DNA of 64,000 bases. Origin: Epiperipatus broadwayi. Taxonomy: Eukaryota > Animalia > Onychophora. The DNA is taken from NCBI GenBank assembly GCA_028023455.1, contig JAQFVV010000002.1, positions 15,624,001 to 15,688,000 of the forward strand, in the 5' to 3' direction. Below the pieces are notes generated by a model. It searched no databases. It was not told where the DNA came from and saw only the letters and a list, made by a program, of their open reading frames with translations. Position 1 is the first letter of the stretch; each line of letters starts with the position of its first letter. Positions 26,087-39,627 of this stretch are shown piece after piece. The position numbers and the translations under genes were made by a program.

Positions 26087-28717
26087 GTTTAAATGGTGGA
26101 AAATAATTTATCGCAAAAAACGTAAATAACATGTTAGTAGATGTTTGTATAATTTCCCCTAAATAAAAATATAAGTCGTCATTGTTCCAAATAAATATTG
26201 CCGAACTAATACGTATGTGAAATCTAACTACCGGATTAATACTTAAGTACTGCCAAGATAAAAATAAATTTTTAGATATATATTTTAAATTTATCGATTG
26301 AGAATAGCTTTAATTTTTATTTTTAAGATTTTTTCCCACGACTTTCGTTAAATATCATTTATTTCCGTAAAATTAAAACTGAAAAGAGTTGTAATAAATT
26401 TTAAGAGAAAAAAGTTACTTTAGCTTTAAAAGTACTGATTTAAATTGCAAATTAAGTTTATTATTTTTAGTATGAACTTTGTTTTTTTAGAAATTACTTC
26501 ATATTAAAAGGTTGGCCTAGTTTTTTTTAGTTCCTGGTTTTTATGATATATATATCATTAAATAACAGATTTATTTATTCTCTGAGTAGGTGGAATTGTC
26601 AGAGGTTAAATGAATAGTTCACTTATTGTGTGAACCACAAAGTCCTTACGTCTTTGTTTCTCCACAAATACCTTAGCTACTTTAAAAATCAATGAGGCAT
26701 GCAGAAAGGCTAAAGCTAAGTCTTGAATCTATTAAACACATGACAACTTTGATCAAATCTTTTTACGACTAAGTAATTTTCTTTTCTTTTTTTTTTAATA
26801 TTTAAAAAATTCTTTATTGTCTAAAAAAAAAAAAAAACTATTTAAAATAAAAGATTTATTGAAATTTGTTTTAAACTCAAAAATAGTCTAATGATGATAT
26901 AATTAATATTTTATGTTTCTCTAGATTTTTTTTTTTCAAACTGCTGGAAATTATCTAGTAGGGAAAAAAAAAGATTTATATTTTAACTTTCACTTGTATA
27001 ATAGTATTTTTATTGCTATCTAAATTACTTTCACATAAAATCAAATTCATCTATAAATTCATAATATAGACATATACCATAGATCTTTAGATTCAAATTA
27101 GCCAAAATGTTGTTTCATGAAAAACATATTTTTATAGCCAGATAAGATAAAGATAAATCTATGAGTGTAATACCCATAAAAGCACATTACCTCACTTACT
27201 AATGATGGAAGCTGTATCATATTGAACTCACATTTTATGGTTATCATATTGATAAGCATCTGATGAATCTAAACTTTTTGTCATCTGACAATAAATAGTT
27301 AAATAGCCATTTATATATAAATAATTGGATTGTTTTACTAAGTTGACTACAGTTGTATACTTGAACATTTTTAGAATTGCTTTGAATTTCTGGGGAGGAT
27401 AAGTTCCATCCAGATTTGAAGTATAGGCCATGAACTGAATAAATGGATGCTCTAAGAACGAGTTTATTTTTTATTCAATGTTCTACTCCATAATTATCTT
27501 ATGTAGTTTGTTTTAATGTCATTGTATAACTAAAGTTTAATAGCAACATACCTCTTGATTCTCTAAAATCACATGGCATAAAAACTAATAGAAGCTTTCT
27601 ATTTTAGTGCCATTTACCGTAAGCTTGATTAATCAGGGATTAGAAGAAGTCTTATTTAAATTTCCATCCCCAAATAGGTTTCTACATTTTGCCTTTATTA
27701 ATAAGATTTGACATTCAAAGCTGAAAGTAAAGCAACATTTAGCATTACTTCCAAGTTCAAATTCCAAACCCCATTGATAAAGGCAAAAGCCAGAAATCAA
27801 TCTGGGAAAATGGTCTTAGAGGCAATAAAATATGTGGTAATCATTGATTACTTAAGCTTATGGTAGATGTCACTAGAGTAGTGAGCTGCTTTTGCTTTAA
27901 AACAGAAATTTTTTGAATTGGAGCTCAGCCTGTAATTTCCTATTCTCAAACACTGCATCATCTCAAGAAATTATTGTTTATTTACCTTTTTTTATATTTA
28001 TAATATAATAATCTCCTTTAAATGGATTATTAATTATAGATAGTGTATTGCATTTATTTTAATAAGAATTTTTTTCCCCGAAAAAATGTTTTTTTAATTT
28101 TATTTATAAAAGGCCTTTTTTAAATCCTTACAGTCAGTGAATCTATGATAAATCTTGGCGTAAACAATTATATAAATAAGAGTTGGAAAGAGGCTTTGTA
28201 ATTCCTTAAAACCAAAGTAAGAGAAACAAATAACAACTTTGAAAAATGTGTGCAAAGGTCAACTAATCATAAAAGTAGAAACAATGCAACATTTTTTGAA
28301 AAAATTAACACATAAAAATAAATGGATGGCAATAGTAAGATAACTATTCAAATGATTTGTTACACATGGAAAGTTATATGATGTTTGAGCATCAAAAGTG
28401 ACGAAGCCAAGCTATGCTCCATAGACTTTGAACTCTCAAGTCTGCCACTGTATAATTACACAAAATCAAGAAGGGACAATAATGACAATTATACTAAAGG
28501 TACATATCATGCTTTAATTATAAAATATTTCACTATTAATGTGTGCACGTATAAAAATATGTATGTGCTACACATAATAATGTGCATTTGTATATATAAA
28601 AACATATTTACAAAAATGTGTACCTGTACAATACAGTTCAAAAAAAAAGTTCTAAATATTTGAATTATTTTTGTTATTGTTAGAATAAATAATACAAAAA
28701 CTCTGTCAGATAATGAA

Positions 28718-28961
28718 AATTATTCTACACAAATAAAGCGTGATAAACAGAGCAGCCAAAATTCAAAAAACATTAATTATAAACAACAATTTGCCAAGCA
28801 CTTTCGGTACTGTAATCGGTTGGCAAATTGTTGTTTATAATTAATGTATGGTGCCATGATTCTGATATACAATACCAAAAGTGCTTGGAAAATTGTTGTT
28901 TATAATTAATGTTTTTTGAATTTTGGCTCTGTTTATCACGCTCTATTCATGTAGAATAATT
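28718..28961. repeat. Palindromic element with a third short internal copy
   Basis: Left arm 28718-28810 is the reverse complement of right arm 28873-28961; TTGGCAAATTGTTGTTTATAATTAATGT at 28820-28847 is an extra plus-orientation copy. Confidence 0.85.
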
Positions 28962-30597
28962 ATTGTTCGAATATAAATAAATTAATAAATAAAATTAAAA
29001 GTTTTGATTATAAGATCAACAAAGCAAGAATGTCTCAGATATATATATATAGCCATATGAATTCCAAACATCATGTAAATAGTTCACATTTACTTTAAAA
29101 GCAATACCTAATCTATTTTTTTTTTAATTAATATTTCTTGGATTTTTAGTATTACCCACCAGTTTATATTTGGTCCTAAAATAGCTTTGTAATACATTAC
29201 TTAGAAAAAATGAATTAATTTTAAAAAAAGTTAAAATTAATTTCTACTGGATAAATTATTGATTTATGCATTTAGTTTAAGAACCCATGACTTTTACAAT
29301 TTATGTAACCTCTGACTGTATAATAAGGAAGTATAATTGCAAAACTAATTATTAACCAATGTTGTAGCGAGGTACATTTTTAAAATCTGAATTTCTAATA
29401 TCACACACACAAAAAAAATTGTGACATTATCTAAGAATATGAGATTAATTTAGGTTAATTTTAATAAATTTAATCTTTTTGTTAGTGCATAATAATTGTT
29501 TAATATAGAAAACTGTGATTAAAAATATTAGAAATAAAAAAAAGTCCTTAAAAATATATTTCTTAAAATTAAAAAGTGTTTTCAACACCTAAAAGTTATA
29601 AAATATGGTTTTATAAATAAGTTATACTTAGCTGGTATTATTTTGGACCAATTTAAAGAATATTCTGAATTTGGAGAGAAAGTTACTACATTATGTTCAG
29701 AGAACATGCAAATTTATAAATTTGCATAACATCATGCAAATTTTTAAATTTACATAACATTTTAGCCACTGAATTTGAGCATTATGAACTTGATTGTCTA
29801 GGCCAAAAACATGCTCATCTATGTATGGAAAGTTTAAAACAAAATATTTTTTTCTTTACAAGTAGGAAAAATGCTTGTGATAGAATCATAATATTAAATA
29901 CAAAATTTTGAGGTGCAAAAAAAAGTTAATTAAAAGTTAAATGAATGTATTAAAATAAGATATCAAGATCAACTGTGAAAAAAAAATGTTTGTAATTATA
30001 ATAAAAAAAAATACAAAATACCATCATAAATGTTAGCACTTGGCAGAATCTAGTAATTGTGTATAAAAGTAATAGTCTCAAAAACTAAATCTTCCTGAGA
30101 CTTCTACTTGAAAAAAGTAAAAACAATATGAGTTTGGTTCATTAAATGAAAGTATTATGTGTATCCTCCATTCAGTATTATTTCACATGAAACTGTTTTT
30201 GTAATTGGAATTAATTAAAATGTTTGCATATAATTAACTAAACAACCCACTTGATAGTGCAGTGTGATTATAATAATGTTCTATTCAAAAATGCACAGGT
30301 ATTTTTGCATCATTTTGTCAATTGAATGTATTAAGTTATATAAAAAAAGGCATTTAATTAGTTTCATACTATAAGAATAATACTGTACTATAATTTTACT
30401 AAGATTTAATTATATAATTATTTTCACTATTAAAAGACTTGACGTAGTGAATGTTGCATGTTTTATTCTTGATGTAAATTATAATATAAACATATAGTAT
30501 ATGATTTAAATATTATATTGAATTTATCAAAACATTTATACATTTCAGTTTTATTCATAATTTTATTTACTTTTTGGGTTAGAAAATAATCAATGTG

Positions 30598-30810
30598 ATA
30601 CAATTTATCCACCCTCTTCGAACACTTTTTAGAAAAACTCTTTATTTGTACATATATACATATACCTAACATTTCGATTGTCCTGCAGTCTTCTTCAGAG
30701 CTATGATATAATGAAGAAGACTGCAGAACAGTCGAAACAAAAGGTGTATGTATATATGTACAAATAAAGAGTTTTGCTAAAAAGTGTTCAAATGGGTGGA
30801 TAAATTGTAT
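30598..30810. repeat. Hairpin/inverted repeat (family B2) with HHR-like cores
   Basis: Arms 30598-30697 and 30711-30810; minus arm AUAGCU-CUGAAGA-A-GACUG-CAGGA-CAAUC-GAAA-U-GUU/AGGUAU; plus arm AUGAAGA-A-GACUG-CAGAA-CAGUC-GAAAC. Confidence 0.85.
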
Positions 30811-33800
30811 TTATAGGATATTACAGCAAAATAAAAAAAAGTGTGATTTTGGTAATCCATGTGATCATTGCTTTTTGATGTGTAAGAATGATAGTCAGAC
30901 AAAGGTTGTATTTCTAACACAATACCCTTTTCAAAACTCTTTTATATGTAGATTTAATGTATGAAAACAGATAACAACAGTTTTTAATTAGGTTTTATTT
31001 TATCATTACAGGGCATTTTGATGGTTTCTGACAAACATTTTAAATCTATAGATGGAATATGATTGCCAATTATAATAGGGACAATAAATGAAAGTAATTG
31101 TCATGTGGAATATCATGCAATGCTTAAGCATCTTAATGTTAGGCTGAACACAATTTTTCCTTTCAATTACAAAAACTGAGTTTTTTTATGAAGCTATTAT
31201 TGTTTATGTTACTCATAAGGACTGATCTTCAATCAGAATCTAACATTTTAACACTAAATTCAAATAATCAGTGGAGTGCTATTATAATAATAAAAAGAAC
31301 ATTATTAAAAAGATTCATGTTATTTGTTAAGGTATTATAAATTACTTGGATTTCATATAGTTATAGAGAAACAGATAAATCAATAGTTAATATATAAATT
31401 TATCTATAAAATATATGTATAAAATTCTGTGTTAAAAATTCTTAAATGTTCTCATTCATAGTATTTTAACTTAGATTCATTAAATCATTATAGCAGGTAA
31501 TTAGTTATATACATGCTAAATTTACTTTATGAGGTTTATATAAAATGCAATTAAGTTCCTATCTGACTAGAATATATATGTATGGGTTTCTTCATTGCTG
31601 TAAAAGGTAACATGTTAATAATTAAGAATTTCATTTGTCACTTTCAAATAAAATAAATAATAAATATTTATGCACTTGACAATGTTTTATTTATCTAGAA
31701 TATAATTATATGTAAGTTTATTGGTTTAAACTGTAATTTAAAAAAATATATTTAACCAGCTGCACCCTGCCTTGTAAAGATCTATGTTTGTTTTTTTTTT
31801 AATTTGTTGCTTTAATAAGTTTCTTTAAAGATTTAATATAAATCATACAAAGCACTTTAATATTATATAAATAAATTTTCAAATTTTAATAAAGCTAAAT
31901 TAAAATTTACAATTTTAAATATACCTGTTATATTTGACAATGTTAAGGTGCAAATATATATTTACCGAAGTTCTCCCTGAATAAAAATTTTTAATTTTTT
32001 GTTTGATAGCATCATGATGAATTGTAATAGTCTTTAAAGCTTTATTAATAGCTACCATTTATTAATGTTGGTATACAAAAATGCTGATTATTTTTGCAAT
32101 ATTTTTTTTATCAATTAAAATATTTGTATTTTTTTTAAAAATTGGTTGCTTTAACAATTTTTTTTAAAGTTTAATATGTCTAATGTAAATATATTTTTGA
32201 TATTAAACATTGCTAAGTATGTCGTTCATCTGAACTATATTAGAAGATAGACAGACCATGAAACCATGGAGTGTCTTAATGCCGAATTATGAATTACATT
32301 TGTGACTGTTTTTGTAGCTGGCTGGGAACCTTTAGCATGAAATATATACTATATATCTCTGTAGTTAATAGCACTCACACTGATACCCCACCCCAGTGGT
32401 TTTTTATTTAATGGCAGAATTACTTCCTTCACATAAATGTTGTGGTTGTGAATTTGACACATGACATTGAATAAACATTAATACCTTTACCAAACAGACA
32501 ACAGAGAAAATACAAATTGCATATATAATTATGTGTATTCCATCTTTCCCACTTTCAAATAAAACTTAAAATGTGCTTAATATCAATAATAAGTAATGCT
32601 ATTCTGATTCCTAGTTTGAGTGTTTAATTTTTTGTTTAGATTTTTAAAATGTAAAATATATATTTTCTATAATTTGTTTATTATGATTATTTATGCAAAA
32701 TATTTATTTTTTCATAATGTTATTTAATTAAGATTATACTCAGATTTTATTCAAAAGAATCTGGATTGGCCAAAAAAGGAACATTTTTACAATGATTTTA
32801 ATACTTTTTTTTTTTTGGCTATTTTAAAAATTTAATTATAAGTGGAATTTTAAATTTTAAAATAGAATTTTGTTGCTTTATATTATCTCAACACTAATTC
32901 ATCACATTTTAGAGATGGAATTGAAACAGCTTTTATTTCATTATTTAAGCATTATTATCAGCAATTGTGGCAATAAACAATTGTTCTGATTATATTGTTC
33001 TTTTTCTTATATTTACAAAGTTGAAATATTATGTTTAAGAATGAGTTTCACTTGTATGCATATATTTCTGAAAAGTAATTAAAAAATTGTAAAAATCATA
33101 GGAAATTTAATTCAAGCAGCCATTAGAGTATGTTAAAAAGATGCAAAGTTGCTTCTCATTAACCTTTAAACAATTATTATAGCATTTGATGTTCAAGATA
33201 ATGCATAAAGCAATGATCCTGACATTAGAAAATGCATATTTAAAGTGAACATATTATATAATAATTAAGTTTGACAAATTTAACACTTTTTGACATACAA
33301 AACAATGTCCATTCATATGCACAAATATATAGATTTGCTATCTTTAATATTAACATTCTATTTAATCAAAATAAATATTTTCTTAAACTTAATAAAATAA
33401 TTATTATTAGCATAGTGAGGTTGACATTTTAATTTCAAAAAAAGACAACAAAGTCTCACTTTCCAATGAATATACAAATGAACTTTGCATAATTATTAGT
33501 ATTATTTATTCACTTGTTAAACTAATTGTAGCTTCTGTAATAGCTTTTATTTGTATGACTTCAACATTATATCCAATTATAGCTTCCATTATATTCTAAT
33601 CTTAGTCATAACTTCCACTGCAAGCAATCATTATTGCTTGGAATGACTTTGAGATAATTTTCATAATGTAAATTGGATATGCTTTTAATAAAAATCATTC
33701 TTATGTTTAAGAACAATGAAGCCCTTTTTATTGCTGTCTTAGACTGCAAAATGTGGAGTGTATGGACCTGAGATCAGTTCCAGTTTTGGCATTCCTATAT

Positions 33801-36176
33801 TCAAACATTTTATGAATTCCTGAGAAATAAATCCATTCCCTTATGTATTTACTCTCATGTTCATTATAAAATATCTTTAAAAGATTTGAAGATTTTAATT
33901 TTAAAAAGGCTTAGATCATTCCATATATTAAAGGTAAGAAGCATCTTAAATAGAGTTGCCAAGAAAAAAATTCCAAATAAAACTCTAATCCATTTTCAAG
34001 AACACTGTTGTCATTGTGATTTGTTTGCAATATCACAGATTAAAAACTTTCACTAGATTAATATTATCCTGTTTATATTTAGAAAATCCTGGGGAGGGTA
34101 TATTCTTTATATACTTGTATGCAAACAAAAATTTAAAAAAAAATGGAATCAGAATTGATGAATTGCAATAAAAGAGCAAAAATATGGCTGTCCAAATTCA
34201 CAATCATACTCATGTAATATATGCAGTGAGATACCACATGATGGCTTCCACAATACCAATAAATGTAATCAAAATCTGTAAAAAGAAAAGATAATGAGAG
34301 AAAGAGTATAGAAAGAAAATGGCAAACAAGACTACATTCTACAAGGGAGCAGAAAATTCTCTTGGTCAGGTACTACTAATTAATTATTAATGGTTAAACA
34401 TGTCAGTTCCATTATTGACCTAAAGAGATTCATTAATAACTGAATACAGTATTCAATTATATATATATGCTAGTTAGTAATCTTAATTTTTTAATTTGAA
34501 AGTTAATATACCCAGGGGTACCCAAAATAACTGGAATTTTATAATAATTTTATTTTTATTTTTTTGAAGTATTATAAATTTAATCTCTTTCAAATCATTA
34601 TCGATTTGATACAATACATTGATCTAAATATGTTTTTCATTTTAGTCCAGAAGTACATGCCTTATAATACATCTCTGTCATTTTCCCCAACATTAGACAT
34701 TTTTTCATTCAAGAGATTTAAAAAAGTTGCATTAAGTGAGATCGAGTGAATATGGTTGATAGGTAAGCTGCATCATGCTGAATTTAATTAAAAAGTTTGA
34801 GAGATCACACTGTGTGGGGTTGAATCTTGCACTCTTTTAATTGTCACAAAACATTTAACTGCATCATATAAATGTTTCAGAACAAACAAAATGGCTGACC
34901 ATTACAAAGTAAATTTGAGAGAAAAATGCCATTTGCATTTTTAAAAAATCAGCATTGTTTTGACTTTGGATTTTATATGTGATACCTTTTAGAGATGTGA
35001 TAAATTTAAAATTTTCAATTAAATCACTCATAAATTTGTATTTTTATGAGACCAGTTTTATTGTAATCTGTTTCAATCATTATAACTTTTTTTCTTGTCA
35101 TTTTCTGTAAAGGAAAACAGAATTTCACATTGTAGAACTTTTCAGTTATCACACTTTTCAAAACAATGTGTTACATGACTCTGAGATTTCACATGATGAT
35201 GTCATTTGGAAAATTGATGCAGAAAGGTTTCTGCAAGATGTATATAACAGCAGAAGCATATACAACAGGCACAGAAATCAAAGAACGATTGTGATTATAT
35301 TTGGGTTCCCACTTATATAATCATAAAGTTAGTACTTTATCATAAATATTATTTTCATCTGATAAATATGAATTTTTAAAAATGCATATTACATACATAA
35401 ACAAATGTGGAAAAAAATTAAAAACAATTTTATCTTGATTAAAATTTAAATTGCTTTAGAAATCCTGTTTTTGTAATAGTTTATACAATTCATTTCTTTA
35501 CTCAAAATGTTTATAAAATTCTACCACTATTTTAAATTTTACATAATAAATTTTGTAAAATAATAATAATATAAGTGCTAAAAACACATCTCAAAAAGAA
35601 TCTAAACTATATATTGTATATACAGTATTTTAATTAATATATTTTTTTTGTGAATATAGTTTTACACATATGCATGATCAGAGCATTGTAAAAAACAATG
35701 GGACCAACTATCATATTACTATTATTACTATACTTTTGGCATTAAATAACTGCTGAAAATATGCACCAATACATATTTGTTTTCATTTATAGACAGAACT
35801 CTAAAAGAAAATAGTAAGATGTATCAGATAAATAAAGACTTTCAATTTCATAAACTTATAAGGAAAATAAAAATCAGAAGTCAATTAATTAGAACAATAA
35901 TGTCAAAAACTAAAAACTGCTTTAATTATTCAAAATTGACAATCCTAATGATCATGATTACATGCAATAAAACTAAGAGGGTGAATTGTATTTATACGTT
36001 GGACTATTTCCATCATCTAATATGAGAATTGAATGTCTTTGGAAAAATTTAATTTTATTTAAATATTCCAAATACATGCAACTGTTAGTAATAACACACA
36101 GGTTAGTATATGAACAGCCTTTCGAGAAGGAACCTCCACTCTTCTTTAGGTGTTGCTGGTCTGACCAGTTACAGTA

Positions 36177-36259
36177 CTAGCATAGGAATCGAACCTGGAC
36201 CTTTGATTCTTGAGTACTGAATTTTAAAGTAATGCTCTAACCAATTGAGCCAATCTGCC
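36177..36259 (-). pseudogene. tRNA-derived segment in the PLE 3' repeat (degraded twin at ~37814-37896, plus)
   Basis: GGCAGATTGGCTCAATTGGTTAGAGC...CCAGGTTCGATTCCTATGCT: A box, pairing D-arm GCTC/GAGC, B box GGTTCGATTCC; central arm irregular, so not a functional tRNA. Confidence 0.7.
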
Positions 36260-36903
36260 AAAGACTACAACCAGTAGATATTTTATATACTTAACTATGA
36301 GGTTCCTCTTGATTTCTCCACTTTTGCCTAAGAACAAAGTTGATTGGTGGTTTCAATACACTATATATAGTCTCATTAGGTTTGACTTATGGTATTGTTT
36401 GCCATTGTCATGTGAGTAGCTTCCTTTTCTTCTCCATCCAATATTTTTGTATTTTTCCAATTGAACATATGTTCATTGGTACATATATGGTCTGCTACCT
36501 TATACACATCTGTTTTGTCTCTTCTAATCATTAGTTTGGGTTCTTTCAAGTGCTTTTTAATGGGATGATTGATCTCACCAATATATGTTCTTCCATATTC
36601 GCATGGTATTTCATAGATGCAGTTTTTTTCTTTTCAGCATTTTAAGTTTAGGCTTTATAGATGTTAGAATTCCTTGTAGGATGGTATGGCTCTGGAAAAC
36701 TGTTCTTACGTAATACTGATTGTAGATTTTCATTAATTTGTCTGCTATGTTTGGTATGTATGGGTACACTACAGAACCAACAATTATTTTTCTTTTGATA
36801 GTTCTTTTTTATAGCTAGACAACTTCCATATTTCTCCAATCTTTTTTATTTCATAAATAATTTCACATAAATAAAGATACAATAAAAGACAAATAGCCCC
36901 CAA

Positions 36904-36965
36904 GATGTATTTCATGCTAAAACAGCACTCATCAATTGGGTCAGGTCATCATCTCTCATATATAT
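36904..36965 (-). ncRNA. Family A HHR fragment (A3) inside the PLE
   Basis: CCCAA-UUGAUGA-GUGCU-GUUUU-AGCAU-GAAA-UAC-AUC/UUGGG; C3 mutated to U. Confidence 0.65.
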
Positions 36966-37338
36966 CTTTATTACATGAAGAGTATTTATGTAGAGCAAAT
37001 TGTCTCATTTTTATTTTCAACCATCAATTTAATCCTCTCCCAACTTTTTGTTAAACACGTAATGATTATTGCTAAACATTTATTAAACTAGAGATTTTCT
37101 CTAGCACAGATATAAACTTTAACAGGGTGATGGATAACCCTTTTCCATAAGAGTTTGTTCTACATAGATCTTTTCTTTTTTCAAACTGCTGGTTTTTGAA
37201 CAAACCCCTTTTGCTCTGTTCCATAATAATAGTATAACCCCTTAAATAGACAACAAAAAGAAGCATCAAAAGAAAAAACAATTATTGGTACTGTAATGTA
37301 CCTATAGATACAAAAAATATAGACAAATTAAGGAAAAT

Positions 37339-37719
37339 GTGCATAACATCAGAACAGGTTTCCAGAGCCATACCACACTACGAGGAATTCTAATATTTAC
37401 AAAGCTTAAACTTGAAATGCTGAAAATAAAAAACTGCATCTATAAAATATGTGAATGTGGAAGAACATATAATGGTGAGACCAGTTGTTTCATTGAAAAG
37501 CATTTGCAAGAACACAAACTGATGATTAGAAAAGGGAAAACAGATGTGTCTAAGGTATCAGACCATGTATATCCCAATGAACGTATGTTCAATTGGGAAA
37601 GTACAAAAATATTGGATGGAGAAGAAAATTTACAAAGAAGAAAATTTAAAGAAGCTGCTCACATAGCAATGGCAAACAATGCCATAAGTCAACTTAGTGT
37701 GACTATACATAATGTATGA
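37339..37719 (+). pseudogene. GIY-YIG endonuclease of the Penelope-like element
   Basis: NCIYKICECGRTYNGETS...LQEH...SKVSDH...FNWESTKILDGEENLQRRKFKEAAHI. Confidence 0.9.
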
Positions 37720-39255
37720 AAACCAGTAATCTATTTTGCTCTTAGAAAAAAGTGGAGAAATCAGGAGGAAACTCATACATAAGTATGTGAAATTTTTACT
37801 GATTGTTGTCTTTGTCAGAGTGACTCAGTTGGTGGAGCATTACCTTAAAATTTAATACTTAAGAATCTAAGGATCCACTTTCTATTTCCATGCTAGTACT
37901 GCCACTGGTCAGACCAGAAACCCCCGAAGAAGAGGGAAGAATAATACCTATTGAAACATTGTGCATATACTAACCTGTGTGCTATTGCTAACAGTTGAAT
38001 GTATTTGGAATATTTAAATAAAGTTAAATTTTTTTAAAGACATTAAATACTCATTAGATGATGGAAATAGTCCAACATATAAATACAACTAAAATGCCAT
38101 CATCACAAACCTTTAGGAAAACACCAAGACAATGAATCTCATTGGTGAAATCATCACAGGTAATAAAAGCAGATAGGCTTTACAAAGTATTTTAAAAAAA
38201 TACAATAATATTTATAAATCAAATAAATGACAAAGGCTAAACATTCAACTACAGATTTCAATGTTTACCCAAACAACTCATCATGGCTGAGCTCTAATTT
38301 AAAGATAGTGTTTTCTAACATAAATGCTATGATATAAAAGTAATGAGGCCACAAACATTAGAAATGACAAAAGATAGTTAGATACATATCATGTCAGCCA
38401 TGCCATAATTTAAATTTTTTAAAACTATTTATTATAGTATTCACCAATAAATTTCTTTAGTAAGTCTTTCTATTTTCTATGGAAGTGTGTCATGATTTGG
38501 ACAGCCATATTATTATATATGTTCATTACTCTTTATAGACATATTGCAACTGCTTACAATTCACAATTTTGAAAACCTATTTGCAAATATTGTTTCCAGA
38601 TATGCAATCAAATATTAGTTTGAGAAGTATGAAGATGATATTAACTTCCATGTCTTTTAAAATCTCTAATTTAAATATTTATTTTTTCATAAGTCATTGT
38701 AATGAGTGAGAAATTGATATACTCACTTAACATTTCTCAGAGAATTTGAAGCTTTTCTCATGGAGAATAGTTGATTACTTTAGATGCTATTTAAGCAATA
38801 TAAATTTCCATTTCACATAAAAAGCAGAAGGTTATTGGTGCTAATGATAGTATTATATTATATTAATAAAAGTCACAGACAGTATTTTGTATAATATCCC
38901 AGTATATAGATTTTTAATTTTTTTGTTGACTAAAAGTATCTACAATAATTAAACTATTTCTTAATAATAAAATATAGTAATTTAAAGTCATATATATATT
39001 TTAAAAATTATTTTATCTTAATGAATAATATTGAAGTATAATGTTCACTACATTACTCTCACACAAGATAAAGACTAGTTTCTATCCACTTTTAACACCT
39101 TGTGGAAGATGCAATTATAAATATATGACTGAAGACATGTGAAAAAATGTATGATCCCCAAAGTGCACATTTTGTGCTGAACCAGTACTTATCAGTTGGC
39201 CCAAATCACAGTCTCTTAAACATATCTTTATCATTGTTCAGTATATGGAGATAAC

Positions 39256-39492
39256 CAATAACTACAGTTTAATTAATAAGTGTCAAACTTATTGGCCTCA
39301 CAACTTTGACACAAAAACTACTTGATGGAAGTATATTAATAATTTTTATTAGTCATTCATTTATTATTCATTAAATGGATATTTCTAGTCTAATGAAGGA
39401 CTAATAAAAATTATTAATATACTTCTATCAAGTAGTTTGTATTAAAGTTGTGAGGGCAGTAAGTTTGACACATCAATTAAATTGTAGTAATT
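39256..39492. repeat. Hairpin/inverted repeat, ~105-bp arms
   Basis: 39256-39361 versus 39392-39492 (e.g. GAAGTATATTAATAATTTTTATTAGTC / GACTAATAAAAATTATTAATATACTTC); centre repeated at ~39768-39808. Confidence 0.85.
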
Positions 39493-39570
39493 GACCATCC
39501 ATCCATCCGTCTGTCTGTCTGTCTATCTATCTATCTACTGAACAATGATAAAAGTAGGTGTAAAAGATTG

Positions 39571-39627
39571 CGATCTAGACCACCTGATGAGTGTTGGTTC
39601 AGCATGAAATGTGCATCTTGAGGATCA
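39571..39627 (+). ncRNA. Family A-related HHR motif (A4)
   Basis: CUGAUGA(39584)-GUGUU-GGUUC-AGCAU-GAAA-UGUGC-AUC; core intact, proximal stem I poorly paired. Confidence 0.55.

Larger units (their letters stand above)
35987..38122. mobile_element. Penelope-like element in head-to-head inverted configuration (family D)
   Basis: Minus arm 37250 to 35987 (RT thumb CSKTSSLKKEKIYVEQTLMEKGYP, linker, GIY-YIG, 3' repeat) abuts plus arm 37255 to 38122; ~820 bp of inverted homology. Confidence 0.85.
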
